A stretch of DNA of 64,000 nucleotides from Corallococcus exiguus (GTDB taxonomy: Bacteria > Myxococcota > Myxococcia > Myxococcales > Myxococcaceae): the NCBI RefSeq assembly GCF_009909105.1, contig NZ_JAAAPK010000002.1:157827-221826 (forward strand), written 5' to 3'. The stretch's first letter is position 1. Each line of letters starts with the position of its first letter. Position numbers and translations under genes: made by a program. The notes below the pieces were generated by a model that was not told where the DNA came from, did no database searches, and was given only the letters and a program-made list of their open reading frames with translations. Shown one piece after another: positions 46,853 to 56,868 of this stretch.

Positions 46853-46907
46853 ATTGCACCAACAGCGTTCCTAGCTTGCGTCTCACGAGGGTGGGGGAGG
46901 GACGCTG

Positions 46908-47381
46908 ATGGGAGCGAGGCATACCCGGCTGGCAGCCGCATTGGCCGCCGCGTGGGAAGCAGAAGTGGTGTCGGCCCGTCGCATGACGGGGCTGGCGGAG
47001 CGCATGAACGACGCGCGGGTCCGGGCGCGCCTGATGGTGCTGGCCGCCTTCTGCCGCGCCCATGCATCACGGCTCCTGGCCCGCCTGGCGGCGCTGGGAC
47101 GAGGGCCGCTGCCGGTGCCCCCAGAGGAAATCGATCTGGATCCGGACACGGTGCTGGAGCTGCGCCGGGAGGGGGCCTTCGCTCGCGCGTCGGCCGCGCG
47201 CTACGAGACAACCGCGGAGATGGCGCGCCAGCACGCGGACCTGTCCTCCGCCTGGGTGTGCGAGCTGAACCGGACCGAGGAGCAGGATCGGGCCCGGGAG
47301 CTGCTCGCCCTGGCGGAAGGGGCCCTGGCGGCGGTGCGGCGGGGCGAGTCCCAGGCCGTCGCGGCTCCCGCGGATTCCTGA
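46908..47381 (+). CDS. Hypothetical Ala/Arg-rich helical protein
   Basis: Track ORF with no motif. Its upstream region shares a 16-nt motif with the 45375 region. Confidence 0.4.
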   Translation: MGARHTRLAAALAAAWEAEVVSARRMTGLAERMNDARVRARLMVLAAFCRAHASRLLARLAALGRGPLPVPPEEIDLDPDTVLELRREGAFARASAARYETTAEMARQHADLSSAWVCELNRTEEQDRARELLALAEGALAAVRRGESQAVAAPADS

Positions 47382-47446
47382 GGGAGCAAAGAGGGCCGGG
47401 CGCGGGGAATGCGCTCGGCCGGTGACAGTCCTGGCGTCTTGGGCGT

Positions 47447-48229
47447 ATGAATCCGCCCATGGCGAAGGAGAGCTACAACGATCTCATCTTCCAGCTCGGC
47501 GACCTGGCCCGGGACGTCCTCCCGGGCAAGCCGAACTGCCCCCGCTCCATGGAACGCGTCTACCGCGCCGAAGAGGTGCTGGAGGCGCGCCGGGACGAGC
47601 TGGCGGCGCTGGAAGCGGAGATGAACGACGAGGACGTGGCCTATCAGGACTTCCTGGCGCAGCATGAGGACGACTGCGGCGCCCAGAAGGAGATCACCGG
47701 CCGTTTCCAGAAGGCCGTGACGGCGGTGGAAGGCAAGGTGAAGGGTCTTCGCAAGACGCTGGCCACCCGCCGCGCCGACCTGCGCTACGCCATCGTGGGC
47801 CTGAAGAAGCTGGAGGCGAAGCTCGCGGACCTGGAGATGACCACCCAGGATCCGGTGAAGCTGGACGCCGCCAAGCAGAACCTCAAGAAGAACCGCATCG
47901 CCCAGATGCGCCTGGCGCGCGAAGTGGAGGACTGGGAGGCCCAGCTGGCGGCCTCCCTCACGCCCACCCCCGGCCAGCCCGGCGCGGCCGGCATCCTGGC
48001 GCACAAGCGCCTGATCGAGCTGGAGGACGCCGCGGAAGAGCAGAAGACGCAGCACGACGCCCGGATGGCGGAGCTCGACCAGGCCATCGCCACCAAGGAG
48101 GAGGAGATCAAGGGCGCGGAAGATTATCTGGATCAGGCCCTGTTCCTCCTCGGCGAAGAGGTGTATGCCCAGCGCATCGCGGACGGGCAGCTCAACCCCT
48201 TCTACAAGCGGTTGGACGTTGCGCAGTGA
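47447..48229 (+). CDS. Hypothetical coiled-coil protein
   Basis: Long heptad-rich segments (…LEAKLADLEMTTQDPVKLDAAKQNLKKNRIAQMRLAREVEDWEAQL…). Confidence 0.55.
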   Translation: MNPPMAKESYNDLIFQLGDLARDVLPGKPNCPRSMERVYRAEEVLEARRDELAALEAEMNDEDVAYQDFLAQHEDDCGAQKEITGRFQKAVTAVEGKVKGLRKTLATRRADLRYAIVGLKKLEAKLADLEMTTQDPVKLDAAKQNLKKNRIAQMRLAREVEDWEAQLAASLTPTPGQPGAAGILAHKRLIELEDAAEEQKTQHDARMAELDQAIATKEEEIKGAEDYLDQALFLLGEEVYAQRIADGQLNPFYKRLDVAQ

Positions 48230-48372
48230 GGGGTACGCCCACCCTTGGTGCTTGACGTTGAGGACGTGTTTGCTATCTTGCGCCGCTTCCTGGCGGCCGC
48301 AGGTACGCGTGTAGGCCAGTTCATTGAATTCATTGGGCTTTCAGCGCCACGGGCGCTCGCTGTGAGGACGAC

Positions 48373-49041
48373 GTGAAGGGTCTGATTGGCAAGAAGATCG
48401 GCATGACCCAGGTGTTCAACGACGAGGGCAACCTCGTTCCGGTGACGGTCATCGACGTCAACACCTGTCTGGTGGTCGGCAAGCGCACCCCGGAGAAGGA
48501 TGAGTACTCCGCGGTGACCGTGGGCTTCGGCGAGATCCGCGAGAAGCTCTTGAACAAGCCGCAGCTCGGCTTCTTCAAGAAGGCCAGCGCCACGCCGCGC
48601 CGTCACCTGCGCGAGTTCCGCGTCACGGCCGAGGAGGCCGCGGGCTTCAACGTGGGCGACGCCGTCAAGGCGGACATGTTCACCAAGGGCGAGCTGGTGG
48701 ACGTCACCGGCGTGACCAAGGGTCGCGGCTTCTCCGGCGTCATGCGCCGCTGGAGCTTCAAGGGTTCGCAGACCAAGACCCACGGTACGCACGAGTATCA
48801 GCGTCACCCGGGCGCCATCGGTCAGCGTAAGACGCCGGGCCGTACGTACCCGAACAAGAAGATGCCGGGTCACTACGGCGTCGACCGCGTCACCACGCAG
48901 AACCTGACCGTGGTGGACGTGGACGTGGAGAAGGGCCTCGTGCTCGTGAAGGGCGCGGTCGCCGGCCACAACGACGGCATCGTCATCGTGCGCCCCTCCA
49001 TCAAGGTGGCCATGCGCGCGCAGCACAAGGCCGCGCGCTGA
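48373..49041 (+). CDS. rplC: 50S ribosomal protein L3
   Basis: MKGLIGKKIGMTQVFNDEGNLVPVTVI… and …FKGSQTKTHGTHEYQRHPGAIGQRKTPGRTYPNKKMPGHYG are present. It is full length at 222 aa. No flanking rpsJ or rplD is present. Confidence 0.95.
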   Translation: MKGLIGKKIGMTQVFNDEGNLVPVTVIDVNTCLVVGKRTPEKDEYSAVTVGFGEIREKLLNKPQLGFFKKASATPRRHLREFRVTAEEAAGFNVGDAVKADMFTKGELVDVTGVTKGRGFSGVMRRWSFKGSQTKTHGTHEYQRHPGAIGQRKTPGRTYPNKKMPGHYGVDRVTTQNLTVVDVDVEKGLVLVKGAVAGHNDGIVIVRPSIKVAMRAQHKAAR

Positions 49042-49056
49042 TTCGCAGCCACTGAC

Positions 49057-49082
49057 GCCGGGGCGCTTCACCGCGCCCCGTC
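49057..49082 (+). terminator. Putative rplC terminator hairpin
   Basis: CCGGGGCGC-ttcacc-GCGCCCCG forms a GC-rich stem 16 nt after the stop. No U-tract is present. Confidence 0.35.
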
Positions 49083-49371
49083 AGACGCCCCGCTTCCAGC
49101 ACCTTCGGGTTGCTGGGCGGGGCGTTCGTCGTTTCCGGGTGCGGTGTCCGCGCGTGCGTGCGGGGCCTGAGGCCGCGTATCCCCGTGGAAACGTTGAGTG
49201 CTGGTCGCCCTGGGGACAAAGGGCGAAAACTTTACCGACTGCCGCTGGGATCCGCTTGCGGTGAATGGGCGCCGTGCTCACATCGCTGTCCCACGCCGGA
49301 GCCTCGCCGTCCAAGCAGACGGGTTGCCATCCGGATCACCCAACGGCCCACCCCCGGGCCGGGCAGGAGAT

Positions 49372-50190
49372 ATGAACGCACGCACGCTTCGCGTCTTCGC
49401 CGCGCTGAGCCTCTCGCTGACGGCTCTCGGCGCCGCCGCACAGGAAGACGGCGTCCTGGACTCGGCGGTCGTCCGCAACCGGCTCTACAAGCCCGCGGGC
49501 CATCCGGAGCTGTCCCTGTCCGTGGGCCTGCCAGTGCAGACGCACCTGACGGCGCACTACTTTTTCGACGTTGGGCTGGCCTACAACCTGTTCGACACGT
49601 TCGCGCTGGAGGCGCGCGCGGGCTACGCCGTCAGCCGCCACACGGGCCTGGCGCGCTCCATCTCCGAGTCCTTCCTGGACCGCGAGGACAAGCGCGTCAC
49701 GGACGAGTTGGAGGACATGTGGCGGATGGGCCTGCACGGCGTCATCGGCGCGCGGTGGGCTCCCATCTACGGGAAGATCAGCCTCGTCGCGGACATCCCG
49801 GTGCACTTCCAGACGTACCTCTGGGCGGGCGGTGGCCTCACCAACCTGAAGCGCCAGTCCGTCATCCAGTGCTCCCAGGTGGTGGACCGGGCCGCGGGCG
49901 TCTGTGACAACCGCACGGCCGTGGATGACCGGGGCAGCGCCACGGAGAACTACTGGGTGAAGGAGTCGCGCGTGGCGCCGGTGGTGTCCGCCGCGCTGGG
50001 CTTCCGCTTCTTCATCAAGGAGCAGCACGGCATCCGGCTGGAGCTGCGCGACTGGATCTTCAAGGACAGCTACCGCGTGAACCTGCTGCGCGACGACTGG
50101 GAGGCCGGCAATCCCACCGGCGAGCCCGCCGGCAGCCCGGGCCTCACGCACCTGGTGCAGTTCGACCTCGGCTACACCTTCTCGTTCTGA
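49372..50190 (+). CDS. nfsA: Outer-membrane beta-barrel protein, NfsA/GltA-like
   Basis: GGAGA lies before the ATG. Signal peptide MNARTLRVFAALSLSLTALGAAAQ. The C-terminus is …LGYTFSF (aromatic terminal). It is paralogous to the next gene (HGIRLELRDWIF versus HYALRLEVRDLIY). Confidence 0.6.
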   Translation: MNARTLRVFAALSLSLTALGAAAQEDGVLDSAVVRNRLYKPAGHPELSLSVGLPVQTHLTAHYFFDVGLAYNLFDTFALEARAGYAVSRHTGLARSISESFLDREDKRVTDELEDMWRMGLHGVIGARWAPIYGKISLVADIPVHFQTYLWAGGGLTNLKRQSVIQCSQVVDRAAGVCDNRTAVDDRGSATENYWVKESRVAPVVSAALGFRFFIKEQHGIRLELRDWIFKDSYRVNLLRDDWEAGNPTGEPAGSPGLTHLVQFDLGYTFSF

Positions 50191-50199
50191 CCCATTCCT

Positions 50200-51411
50200 A
50201 TGCGACCCTTCCGTTCCATCGCGCTCCTCGTCGCCGCGGTGCCTGCCCTCGCGTTCGCGCAAGGCGCCTCCCCGGCGCAGCCGCCGGCCGCTCCGGGTCC
50301 GGATGCGACCGCGCCGGCCTCTCCTTCACCGGCTGAACCGCCGGAGCGCCAGCGCACCGAGCGCGACGCGCCGGCAGTGCCCCAGTCCATTCCTGAAGCC
50401 GCGCCGGCCATGCCGTCCGCGCCCGCCGTCACCGGTGAGGACGACGCGGACAGCGCGCCGTCCTCCGAGCCGCCCACGGCCCAGGCTCCAGCGGCCACTC
50501 CGACCACGGACGCGCCGGTGCTGGACACCGGTGAAGCGCCGCGCACCACGGACGCGCAGCAGCAGCGGCTGGTGAATGGCGCGCCGCTCTACAACCCGAA
50601 CGTCAACGTCCACATCGTCCAGAAGAAGCGCTTCGCGGACGAAGGCAAGCACGAGCTGGTGCTGTACCCCGGCGTCGTGCAGGTGAACGGCAAGTTCACC
50701 AACCACGTGGGCACCGGGCTGAACTACGTCTACCACCTGCAGGAGAACTTCGCCCTCCAGGTGGGCGGTCAGTACAACTGGTACTCCGACGAGAGCGACT
50801 TCAACCTGGAGCTCATCGACAAGGTGCGCGAGCAGGCCCAGGCCGCGTCGTCACTGCTGCTCCAGTGGGGCGCGTACGCGGGCGTCGAAGTCACGCCGCT
50901 CTACGGCAAGTTCGCCTTCTTCAACAACTCGCTGGCGCAGTTCAGCGTGGTGCTCAGCGGCGGCGCGGGCATCGGCAAGACGCGCCACCTCATCCGCCCG
51001 GAAGTGGCGAACGAGGTGGAGGGGCAGACGTTCCAGGTGCCCGCGCGCTTCGGCGACACGGGCAACAAGTTCCTGGGTGAGGTGGGCGGCGGCTTCCGCG
51101 TGCAGTTCGGTGAGCACTACGCCCTCCGCCTGGAGGTGCGCGACCTCATCTACACCGCGCGCGTGGACAAGGTGGATGGCTGCAACCTGGCGGACTTCGA
51201 GGCGCTGGAGGCCGCGCGTGCCGCCAACCAGCCCTTCGACGGTCTCAGCCTGAGCGGCAGCTGCAAGGTGGCGAAGTTCGACGGCGTGGACCCGAAGACG
51301 AAGAAGAACTACCGCGAGGACATCATCCTCGGGAGGGACCTCGTCGCCGAGCCTTCGTCGGACGTCCTCAACAACGTCAGCTTCTACGCTGGCTTCTCGG
51401 TGCTCTTCTAA
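50200..51411 (+). CDS. nfsB: Outer-membrane beta-barrel protein with Pro/Ala-rich N-terminal extension, NfsB/GltB-like
   Basis: Signal peptide. The C-terminus is …FYAGFSVLF. It is a paralogue of the preceding gene. Confidence 0.6.
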   Translation: MRPFRSIALLVAAVPALAFAQGASPAQPPAAPGPDATAPASPSPAEPPERQRTERDAPAVPQSIPEAAPAMPSAPAVTGEDDADSAPSSEPPTAQAPAATPTTDAPVLDTGEAPRTTDAQQQRLVNGAPLYNPNVNVHIVQKKRFADEGKHELVLYPGVVQVNGKFTNHVGTGLNYVYHLQENFALQVGGQYNWYSDESDFNLELIDKVREQAQAASSLLLQWGAYAGVEVTPLYGKFAFFNNSLAQFSVVLSGGAGIGKTRHLIRPEVANEVEGQTFQVPARFGDTGNKFLGEVGGGFRVQFGEHYALRLEVRDLIYTARVDKVDGCNLADFEALEAARAANQPFDGLSLSGSCKVAKFDGVDPKTKKNYREDIILGRDLVAEPSSDVLNNVSFYAGFSVLF

Positions 51412-51413
51412 CC

Positions 51414-52952
51414 ATGTCCCGACTGCTCCGACTCCTCGTCGTCCTCGGGCCCCTCGCCGTGTCCCCGGTGGCCCTCGCCCAGCAGGACGTGGGCACCTAC
51501 AACCGCGCGCTCTCCGCCTTCAACGAAGGCAAGCTCGACACCGCGGCCCCTCTCTTCGCGCGGCTGGCGGAAGGGGAGGACGCGGACCTGAAGGGCAAGG
51601 CCGAGTTCTACCTGGCGCAGACCTTCGCCAAGAAGGACCTGCCCGTCGCGGCCTTCATCTCCTACGCGGCCATCGTCAACGCTGGCCCCACGCACCCCTC
51701 GTACCTCAAGGCCATCGAGGGGCTGGTGGACATGCAGCAGCGGCTGGATGAGCAGAACCTCATCCCCAGCATCCTCAACCAGGCCTACACCGACGAGGTG
51801 CGCGACCGCTGGGTCACGCTGCCCAAGGAGGTGCTGGCGCGCATCAACTACCTGGTCGGCACCGCCAGCCAGCGCCGCATGCGCTTCGAGGAGTCCCGCT
51901 CGCTCCTGGAGGCCGTGCCCGCGGACAGCCGCGTCTACGCGAAGGCCCGCTACCTGCTGGGCACCGTGCTCGCCGACCCGCGCTTCCCGGGGCGTCCCGG
52001 GGAAGGGGAGACGCTGGACAAGGAGGCCATCGCCGCGTTCCAGGCCGTGCTCAACACCCGGGAGCCGCAGGTGGAGCTGCCGGAGACGCGCGAGCTGGCG
52101 CTGCTGGCGCTGGGCCGCGTGCACTACCGCCGGGGCGAGTACGCGGACGCGGTGAAGGCGTACGAAGGCGTGCCCCGCTATGCGCGCTTCTGGGACCAGG
52201 CCCTGTTCGAGAACGGCTTCGCCCGCTTCCAGAACGAGGACTTCGGCGGCGCGCTGGGCAGTCTCCAGGCGCTGCACGCGCCGCAGTTCGAGGGCGCCTT
52301 CCAGCCCGAGTCGTGGATCCTCAAGGCGACCGTCTATTACTACTCGTGCCTCTACGACGAGGTGAAGACGACGCTCGCCGCGTTCGACGAGCGCTATGGC
52401 CCCATGGCGAAGCAGCTGGAGCCCTTCACCGGCGAGGACGTGGCGCCCATCCAGGCCTTCAACCTGGTGGCCTCCGAGAACCGCCGCCTGCCGCGCGCCG
52501 TCTACCTGTGGATCCGCAACAACGAGCGCATCCGTGAAGTGATGCGGACCCTGTCGCGCGTGGACCAGGAGAAGCGCGCCATCAGCGAGGGCCCGTGGCG
52601 CGGGACGCCGTTCGCCGCGCAGACGGTGGCGTCGCTCGAGGACATCCGCACCACGCTGCTCCAGGTGGGCGGCACGCTGGCGAAGAACCGCATCAAGGAG
52701 GCCGCGGACAACCTCCGCACCTTCTCCGACCAGGCGGAGATCATCCGCGTGCAGACCGCGCTGGATGAGAAGGACCTCTTCTCCGAGGGCGTGGACCAGA
52801 AGGCGCTGCTCACCCGCCAGACGCTCTACCGCCCGAAGATGCCCGGCGCGGCGTGGAACTACTGGCGCTTCCAGGGCGAGTTCTGGATCGACGAGATCGG
52901 CTACTACCAGTACACGCTCAAGCGGGGCTGCCCCGCACGGCAGGAGAAGTAG
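51414..52952 (+). CDS. nfsC: Periplasmic TPR-repeat protein, NfsC/GltC-like
   Basis: Signal peptide MSRLLRLLVVLGPLAVSPVALAQ. TPR-like helical pairs are present. It starts 3 nt after the upstream stop. Confidence 0.6.
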   Translation: MSRLLRLLVVLGPLAVSPVALAQQDVGTYNRALSAFNEGKLDTAAPLFARLAEGEDADLKGKAEFYLAQTFAKKDLPVAAFISYAAIVNAGPTHPSYLKAIEGLVDMQQRLDEQNLIPSILNQAYTDEVRDRWVTLPKEVLARINYLVGTASQRRMRFEESRSLLEAVPADSRVYAKARYLLGTVLADPRFPGRPGEGETLDKEAIAAFQAVLNTREPQVELPETRELALLALGRVHYRRGEYADAVKAYEGVPRYARFWDQALFENGFARFQNEDFGGALGSLQALHAPQFEGAFQPESWILKATVYYYSCLYDEVKTTLAAFDERYGPMAKQLEPFTGEDVAPIQAFNLVASENRRLPRAVYLWIRNNERIREVMRTLSRVDQEKRAISEGPWRGTPFAAQTVASLEDIRTTLLQVGGTLAKNRIKEAADNLRTFSDQAEIIRVQTALDEKDLFSEGVDQKALLTRQTLYRPKMPGAAWNYWRFQGEFWIDEIGYYQYTLKRGCPARQEK

Positions 52953-53211
52953 GCAAGTAGGAGCCGGGCACACCCGGCCGCCAGGAGCAGCACCCAAGAG
53001 GCCCCGCCACCGTGCGTTTGTCACGGGGGACGGGGCCTCTTCGCGTGATGTTGAGTCCTGGAAGGTGGCTCGGCGTGATCGCGTACGCCGGGGCACAAGG
53101 CACGTTCCGGGCCACTTCTCAATCTGGGTACCCGCGTCTACTTTCCGTCGTCCCTCCCAATTGGGCAGAAGTTTTCCCAGGCAGGCGAGGCGCGGTTCTC
53201 CAGGAGCTCGC

Positions 53212-56200
53212 ATGAAGGTGGTTCTTCGGTTCGGTGCACTGGCGGTGGGCGTCGCGCTCGCGGCTGGTGGGGTGGGGGAGGCGGCGGAGGAGACGGCACC
53301 GCCGCGGAAGGTGGCGACGAAGAAGTCCTCTTCGAAGGCAGCGGCCAGGAAGGCCGAGGCCGCGAGCAAGAAGGACAAGGAGGAGGCGAAGAAGGCGGAG
53401 CTGCCACCCGGCGTGGCGCCCCAGGACATGCGCAAGGGCCCGGCGCGGGTGAAGCCCGCCACGGCCAAGTTCGCGGACATGCCGCGCATCGCGGACTCCA
53501 AGAAGGACGCGCTCGCGGACAAGAAGCGCGACGAGGCCATTGAAGGCTTCAAGCGCCTCATCCCCAAGCTGCAGGAGACCTCCACGCAGAAGGCGGAGAT
53601 GCAGTACCGCCTGTCGGAGCTCTACTGGGAGAAGTCCAAGTACCTCTACCAGCTGGAGATGGAGAAGTTCCTCACGGCGGAGAAGGCCTACGACGCCGCC
53701 GTGGCGCGCGGTGAGAAGGCCACCGCGCCGGAGCAGGACCACCGCGACTCCGAGCGCTACCGCGCGGAGACGATGCGCATCTACGAGGCCATCCTCAGCG
53801 AGTACCCGGACTATCCGGCCCGCGACGAGGTCCTCTTCTCCCTGGGCTACAACCTCTACGAGCTCAACCGCCGCGCGGACGCGGTGGCGCGCTACGAGGA
53901 GCTGATCCGCGACTTCCCGAAGTCGCAGTTCGTCCCGGACGCGTACATCCAGCTGGGCAACCACTACTTCGAGAACAACAAGCTCGCGCCCGCGAAGGAG
54001 AACTACGAGAAGGCGCGCGCCTCTGGCGTGCCCAAAATCTACGCCTACGCCACCTACAAGCTGTCCTGGTGTGACTTCAACGCGGGCGACCTGGACGCGG
54101 GCCTGAAGAAGCTCCACGAGGTGGTGGACTACGCCAGCCAGCGTGGCGAGGAGCTGGGCGACCTGCGCACGGAGGCCCTCAACGACCTCACCGTCTTCTA
54201 CGTCCAGCTGGATCAGCCGAAGGAGGCGCTCGCCTACTTCAAGCAGAAGGCTCCGGCCAAGCGTCAAGGCCGGCTGCTCGCGAAGACGGCGGCGGGCCTG
54301 GTGGACGCGGGCCACTTCGACAGCGCCATCCTGGTGTACCGCACGCTCATCGACGACTCGCCCATGGGCGCGAACGCGCCGGAGTACCAGCAGGCGGTGG
54401 TGCGTGCGTTCGAAGGCCTGCGCCAGCGCCAGCAGGTCCGCAAGGAGATGAAGCGGATGGTGGACCTCTACCGCCCGGGTGGCGAGTGGTGGACCGCCAA
54501 CGCCAGCAACGCGGGCGTGCTGCGCAACGCCTTCAGCGTCACCGAAGAGGCCATGCGCGTGATGGTCACCGAGTACCACCAGGAGGCGCAGAAGACGCGC
54601 CAGGTGGAGACCTACCGGCTCGCGCGCGACATCTACAAGCAGTACGTGGACGCGTTCGCCTCCAGCGACAACCCGGAGTTCGTGGCGGACTCCGCCTTCA
54701 ACATCCGCTTCTTCTACGCGGAAATCCTCTGGGCCCTGGAGGAGTGGGAGGCCGCCGCCGGTGAGTACGACGCCGTGGTGGCGTTCAAGATTCCGGACCG
54801 CGACTCCGCGAAGGAGGTCTCCAACGAGGCCTACCGCAAGAGCGCCTCGTACAACGCGGTGCTCGCGTACGACAAGCTGGTCAAGATTGAACGCGGCCAG
54901 CTCTCCAAGAGCGACCTGAAGGACGGCCAGAAGGTCGACGAGAAGAAGGACAAGGGCGACGTCGCCAAGCAGAAGCTGGTGAAGCGCGACGCCAAGGAGC
55001 AGGCCGAGCAGTCGCTCACGAAGTTCGAGGACCGGCTGGTCGCCGCGTGCGACACGTACAACAACCTCTACCCGGGCAACCAGGATGAGATCGACCTGCG
55101 CTACCAGGCCGCCGTCATCCTCTACGACCGCGCGCACTTCGTGGACGCGGCCCGCCGCTTCGGGGAGATCATCGAGAAGTTCCCGGAGGAGCGCCGCTCG
55201 CGCGACGCCGCGGACCTGACCATGTACGTGCTGGAGAGCCGCGAGGAGTGGCAGGAGCTCAACACGCTCTCGCGCAAGTTCCTGGGCAACAAGAAGCTGT
55301 CCAAGCCCGGTTCGGACTTCGCCCTGCGCGTGTCCCGCGTGGTGGAGGGCAGCCAGTACAAGTACGTGGATGAGGTCGTCTACAAGAAGGAGAAGAACCC
55401 GGCGAAGGCCGCCGAGGAGTTCCTCACCTTCGTGACGGAGTTCCCCAAGTCGGAGAACGCGGACCGCGCGCTCACCTACGCGATGGTCATCGCGCAGGAG
55501 GCCGGTGAAGTCGACAAGGGCATCATCGCTGGCGAGCGCGTCCTCAAGGAGTACCCGAACAGCAGCTTCGAGCTGAAGACGCGCTACACGCTGTCCGGCC
55601 TCTACGAGAAGGTCGCCGAGTTCAAGAAGGCCGCGGCCATGTCCGAGTCCTTCGTGGCCGAGTACGACGCGGCGGTGAAGGCCCGCGAGACTCAGTCGAA
55701 GAAGGCCAAGGACAAGAAGGCCAAGGCCACCACGGTCGCGAAGAAGGACGACACGCCGGGCGCCGTGGAGGACGTGGAGTCCAAGCGCGCGCAGAAGGCC
55801 GCCGAGCTCAAGGCGCAGGTGGACGCGGCGGGCGAGTGGGTGGCGGACGCGCTCTTCAACGCGGGCGTCTGGTACGACGGCCTGGGCGAGTCCCAGAAGG
55901 CCGTCACCGCCTGGAACAACTACCTGGCGCGCTTCAAGGACCGCAAGGACGTGCCGCAGGTGGCCTTCTCCATCGGCCTCGTCTGGGAGAAGGAGAAGAA
56001 GTGGGGCGACGCGGCCCGCGCCTTCAACCGGTTCGTGGAGGACTACGGCCGCGACTCGCGCACCGCCGCGGGGCAGGCGTACCTGGCGCGGTACCACGAG
56101 CTGCTCTCGTACCAGAAGCTGAAGGACGTGCGCGGCCAGGAGAAGGCGCAGGACGAGCTGGTGCGCGGCTGGAACAAGCTCGCGGAGGGCGTGCGCAAGG

Positions 56201-56868
56201 ACACCGCGGTGCTCAACGCGTACGGCCACGCGCGCTTCCTGGCGCTGGAGCCCACGTGGAAGCGCTTCTCGGACATCAAGTTCACGCGCGTTTCCACCAT
56301 CCGCCGCGACCTGACGAACAAGCAGAAGGAGATGCAGCGCGTGGAGAAGGAGTACGCGGCGGTGCTCGCCACGGGCTCCGGCGAGTGGGGCATCGCGGCG
56401 CTGACCCGCATCGGCCTCGCGTACGCGGACTTCGCTCGCAACATCATGGACTCGCCGGACCCCTCCGGTCTGGATGAAGAGCAGCTCAGCATGTACCGCG
56501 GCGAGCTGGAGAACCTGGCGCTTCCGCTGGAGGACAAGTCCAGCGAGGCCCTGGAGAAGGGTCTCCAGAAGGCCTACGAGCTGGGCATCTACAGCGAGTG
56601 GACCCTGGCCGCGCAGGATCAGATCAACCGCCTGCGCCCGGGTGCCTACGCCCAGGTGAAGCCGGTGACGTACCGGGGCAGCAGTGATTCGCGCATCGCC
56701 TCGGGCGTGCTGAAGGACCTCAACGGCCCCATCAGCGCCTCCGCGGAGCCGAAGCCCGCCGCGCCGGAAGCGGTGCCCGCCGAGGGCGCGAAGCCCGCCG
56801 CCACGCCGGAGGGCTCGGAGCCCGCGAAGTCCGAGCCCACCGCGTCGCTCGAGGGGGTGCGGCCGTGA
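53212..56868 (+). CDS. nfsD: Large TPR-repeat protein (1218 aa), NfsD/GltD(AgmU)-like
   Basis: AGGAG lies before ATG 53212, which is internal to track ORF 52765..56868. A signal peptide and a Lys-rich region are followed by many TPR repeats. Confidence 0.6.
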   Translation: MKVVLRFGALAVGVALAAGGVGEAAEETAPPRKVATKKSSSKAAARKAEAASKKDKEEAKKAELPPGVAPQDMRKGPARVKPATAKFADMPRIADSKKDALADKKRDEAIEGFKRLIPKLQETSTQKAEMQYRLSELYWEKSKYLYQLEMEKFLTAEKAYDAAVARGEKATAPEQDHRDSERYRAETMRIYEAILSEYPDYPARDEVLFSLGYNLYELNRRADAVARYEELIRDFPKSQFVPDAYIQLGNHYFENNKLAPAKENYEKARASGVPKIYAYATYKLSWCDFNAGDLDAGLKKLHEVVDYASQRGEELGDLRTEALNDLTVFYVQLDQPKEALAYFKQKAPAKRQGRLLAKTAAGLVDAGHFDSAILVYRTLIDDSPMGANAPEYQQAVVRAFEGLRQRQQVRKEMKRMVDLYRPGGEWWTANASNAGVLRNAFSVTEEAMRVMVTEYHQEAQKTRQVETYRLARDIYKQYVDAFASSDNPEFVADSAFNIRFFYAEILWALEEWEAAAGEYDAVVAFKIPDRDSAKEVSNEAYRKSASYNAVLAYDKLVKIERGQLSKSDLKDGQKVDEKKDKGDVAKQKLVKRDAKEQAEQSLTKFEDRLVAACDTYNNLYPGNQDEIDLRYQAAVILYDRAHFVDAARRFGEIIEKFPEERRSRDAADLTMYVLESREEWQELNTLSRKFLGNKKLSKPGSDFALRVSRVVEGSQYKYVDEVVYKKEKNPAKAAEEFLTFVTEFPKSENADRALTYAMVIAQEAGEVDKGIIAGERVLKEYPNSSFELKTRYTLSGLYEKVAEFKKAAAMSESFVAEYDAAVKARETQSKKAKDKKAKATTVAKKDDTPGAVEDVESKRAQKAAELKAQVDAAGEWVADALFNAGVWYDGLGESQKAVTAWNNYLARFKDRKDVPQVAFSIGLVWEKEKKWGDAARAFNRFVEDYGRDSRTAAGQAYLARYHELLSYQKLKDVRGQEKAQDELVRGWNKLAEGVRKDTAVLNAYGHARFLALEPTWKRFSDIKFTRVSTIRRDLTNKQKEMQRVEKEYAAVLATGSGEWGIAALTRIGLAYADFARNIMDSPDPSGLDEEQLSMYRGELENLALPLEDKSSEALEKGLQKAYELGIYSEWTLAAQDQINRLRPGAYAQVKPVTYRGSSDSRIASGVLKDLNGPISASAEPKPAAPEAVPAEGAKPAATPEGSEPAKSEPTASLEGVRP

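Noticed and set aside
45375-46880. Exact 16-nt repeat GCGTTCCTAGCTTGCG considered as a mobile-element or CRISPR-like repeat
   Set aside because: There are only two copies and no array periodicity or flanking inverted repeats. One exact 16-mer pair is about what chance predicts in 64 kb. It is kept only as a possible promoter or operator hint.
51408-56229. 725-aa (51408..53585) and 1036-aa (53119..56229) minus-strand ORFs across the nfsC/nfsD-like genes
   Set aside because: Low-complexity Arg/Leu/Val/Gly translations. The plus-strand frames have signal peptides and regular TPR helices, and continue an eight-gene co-directional operon.
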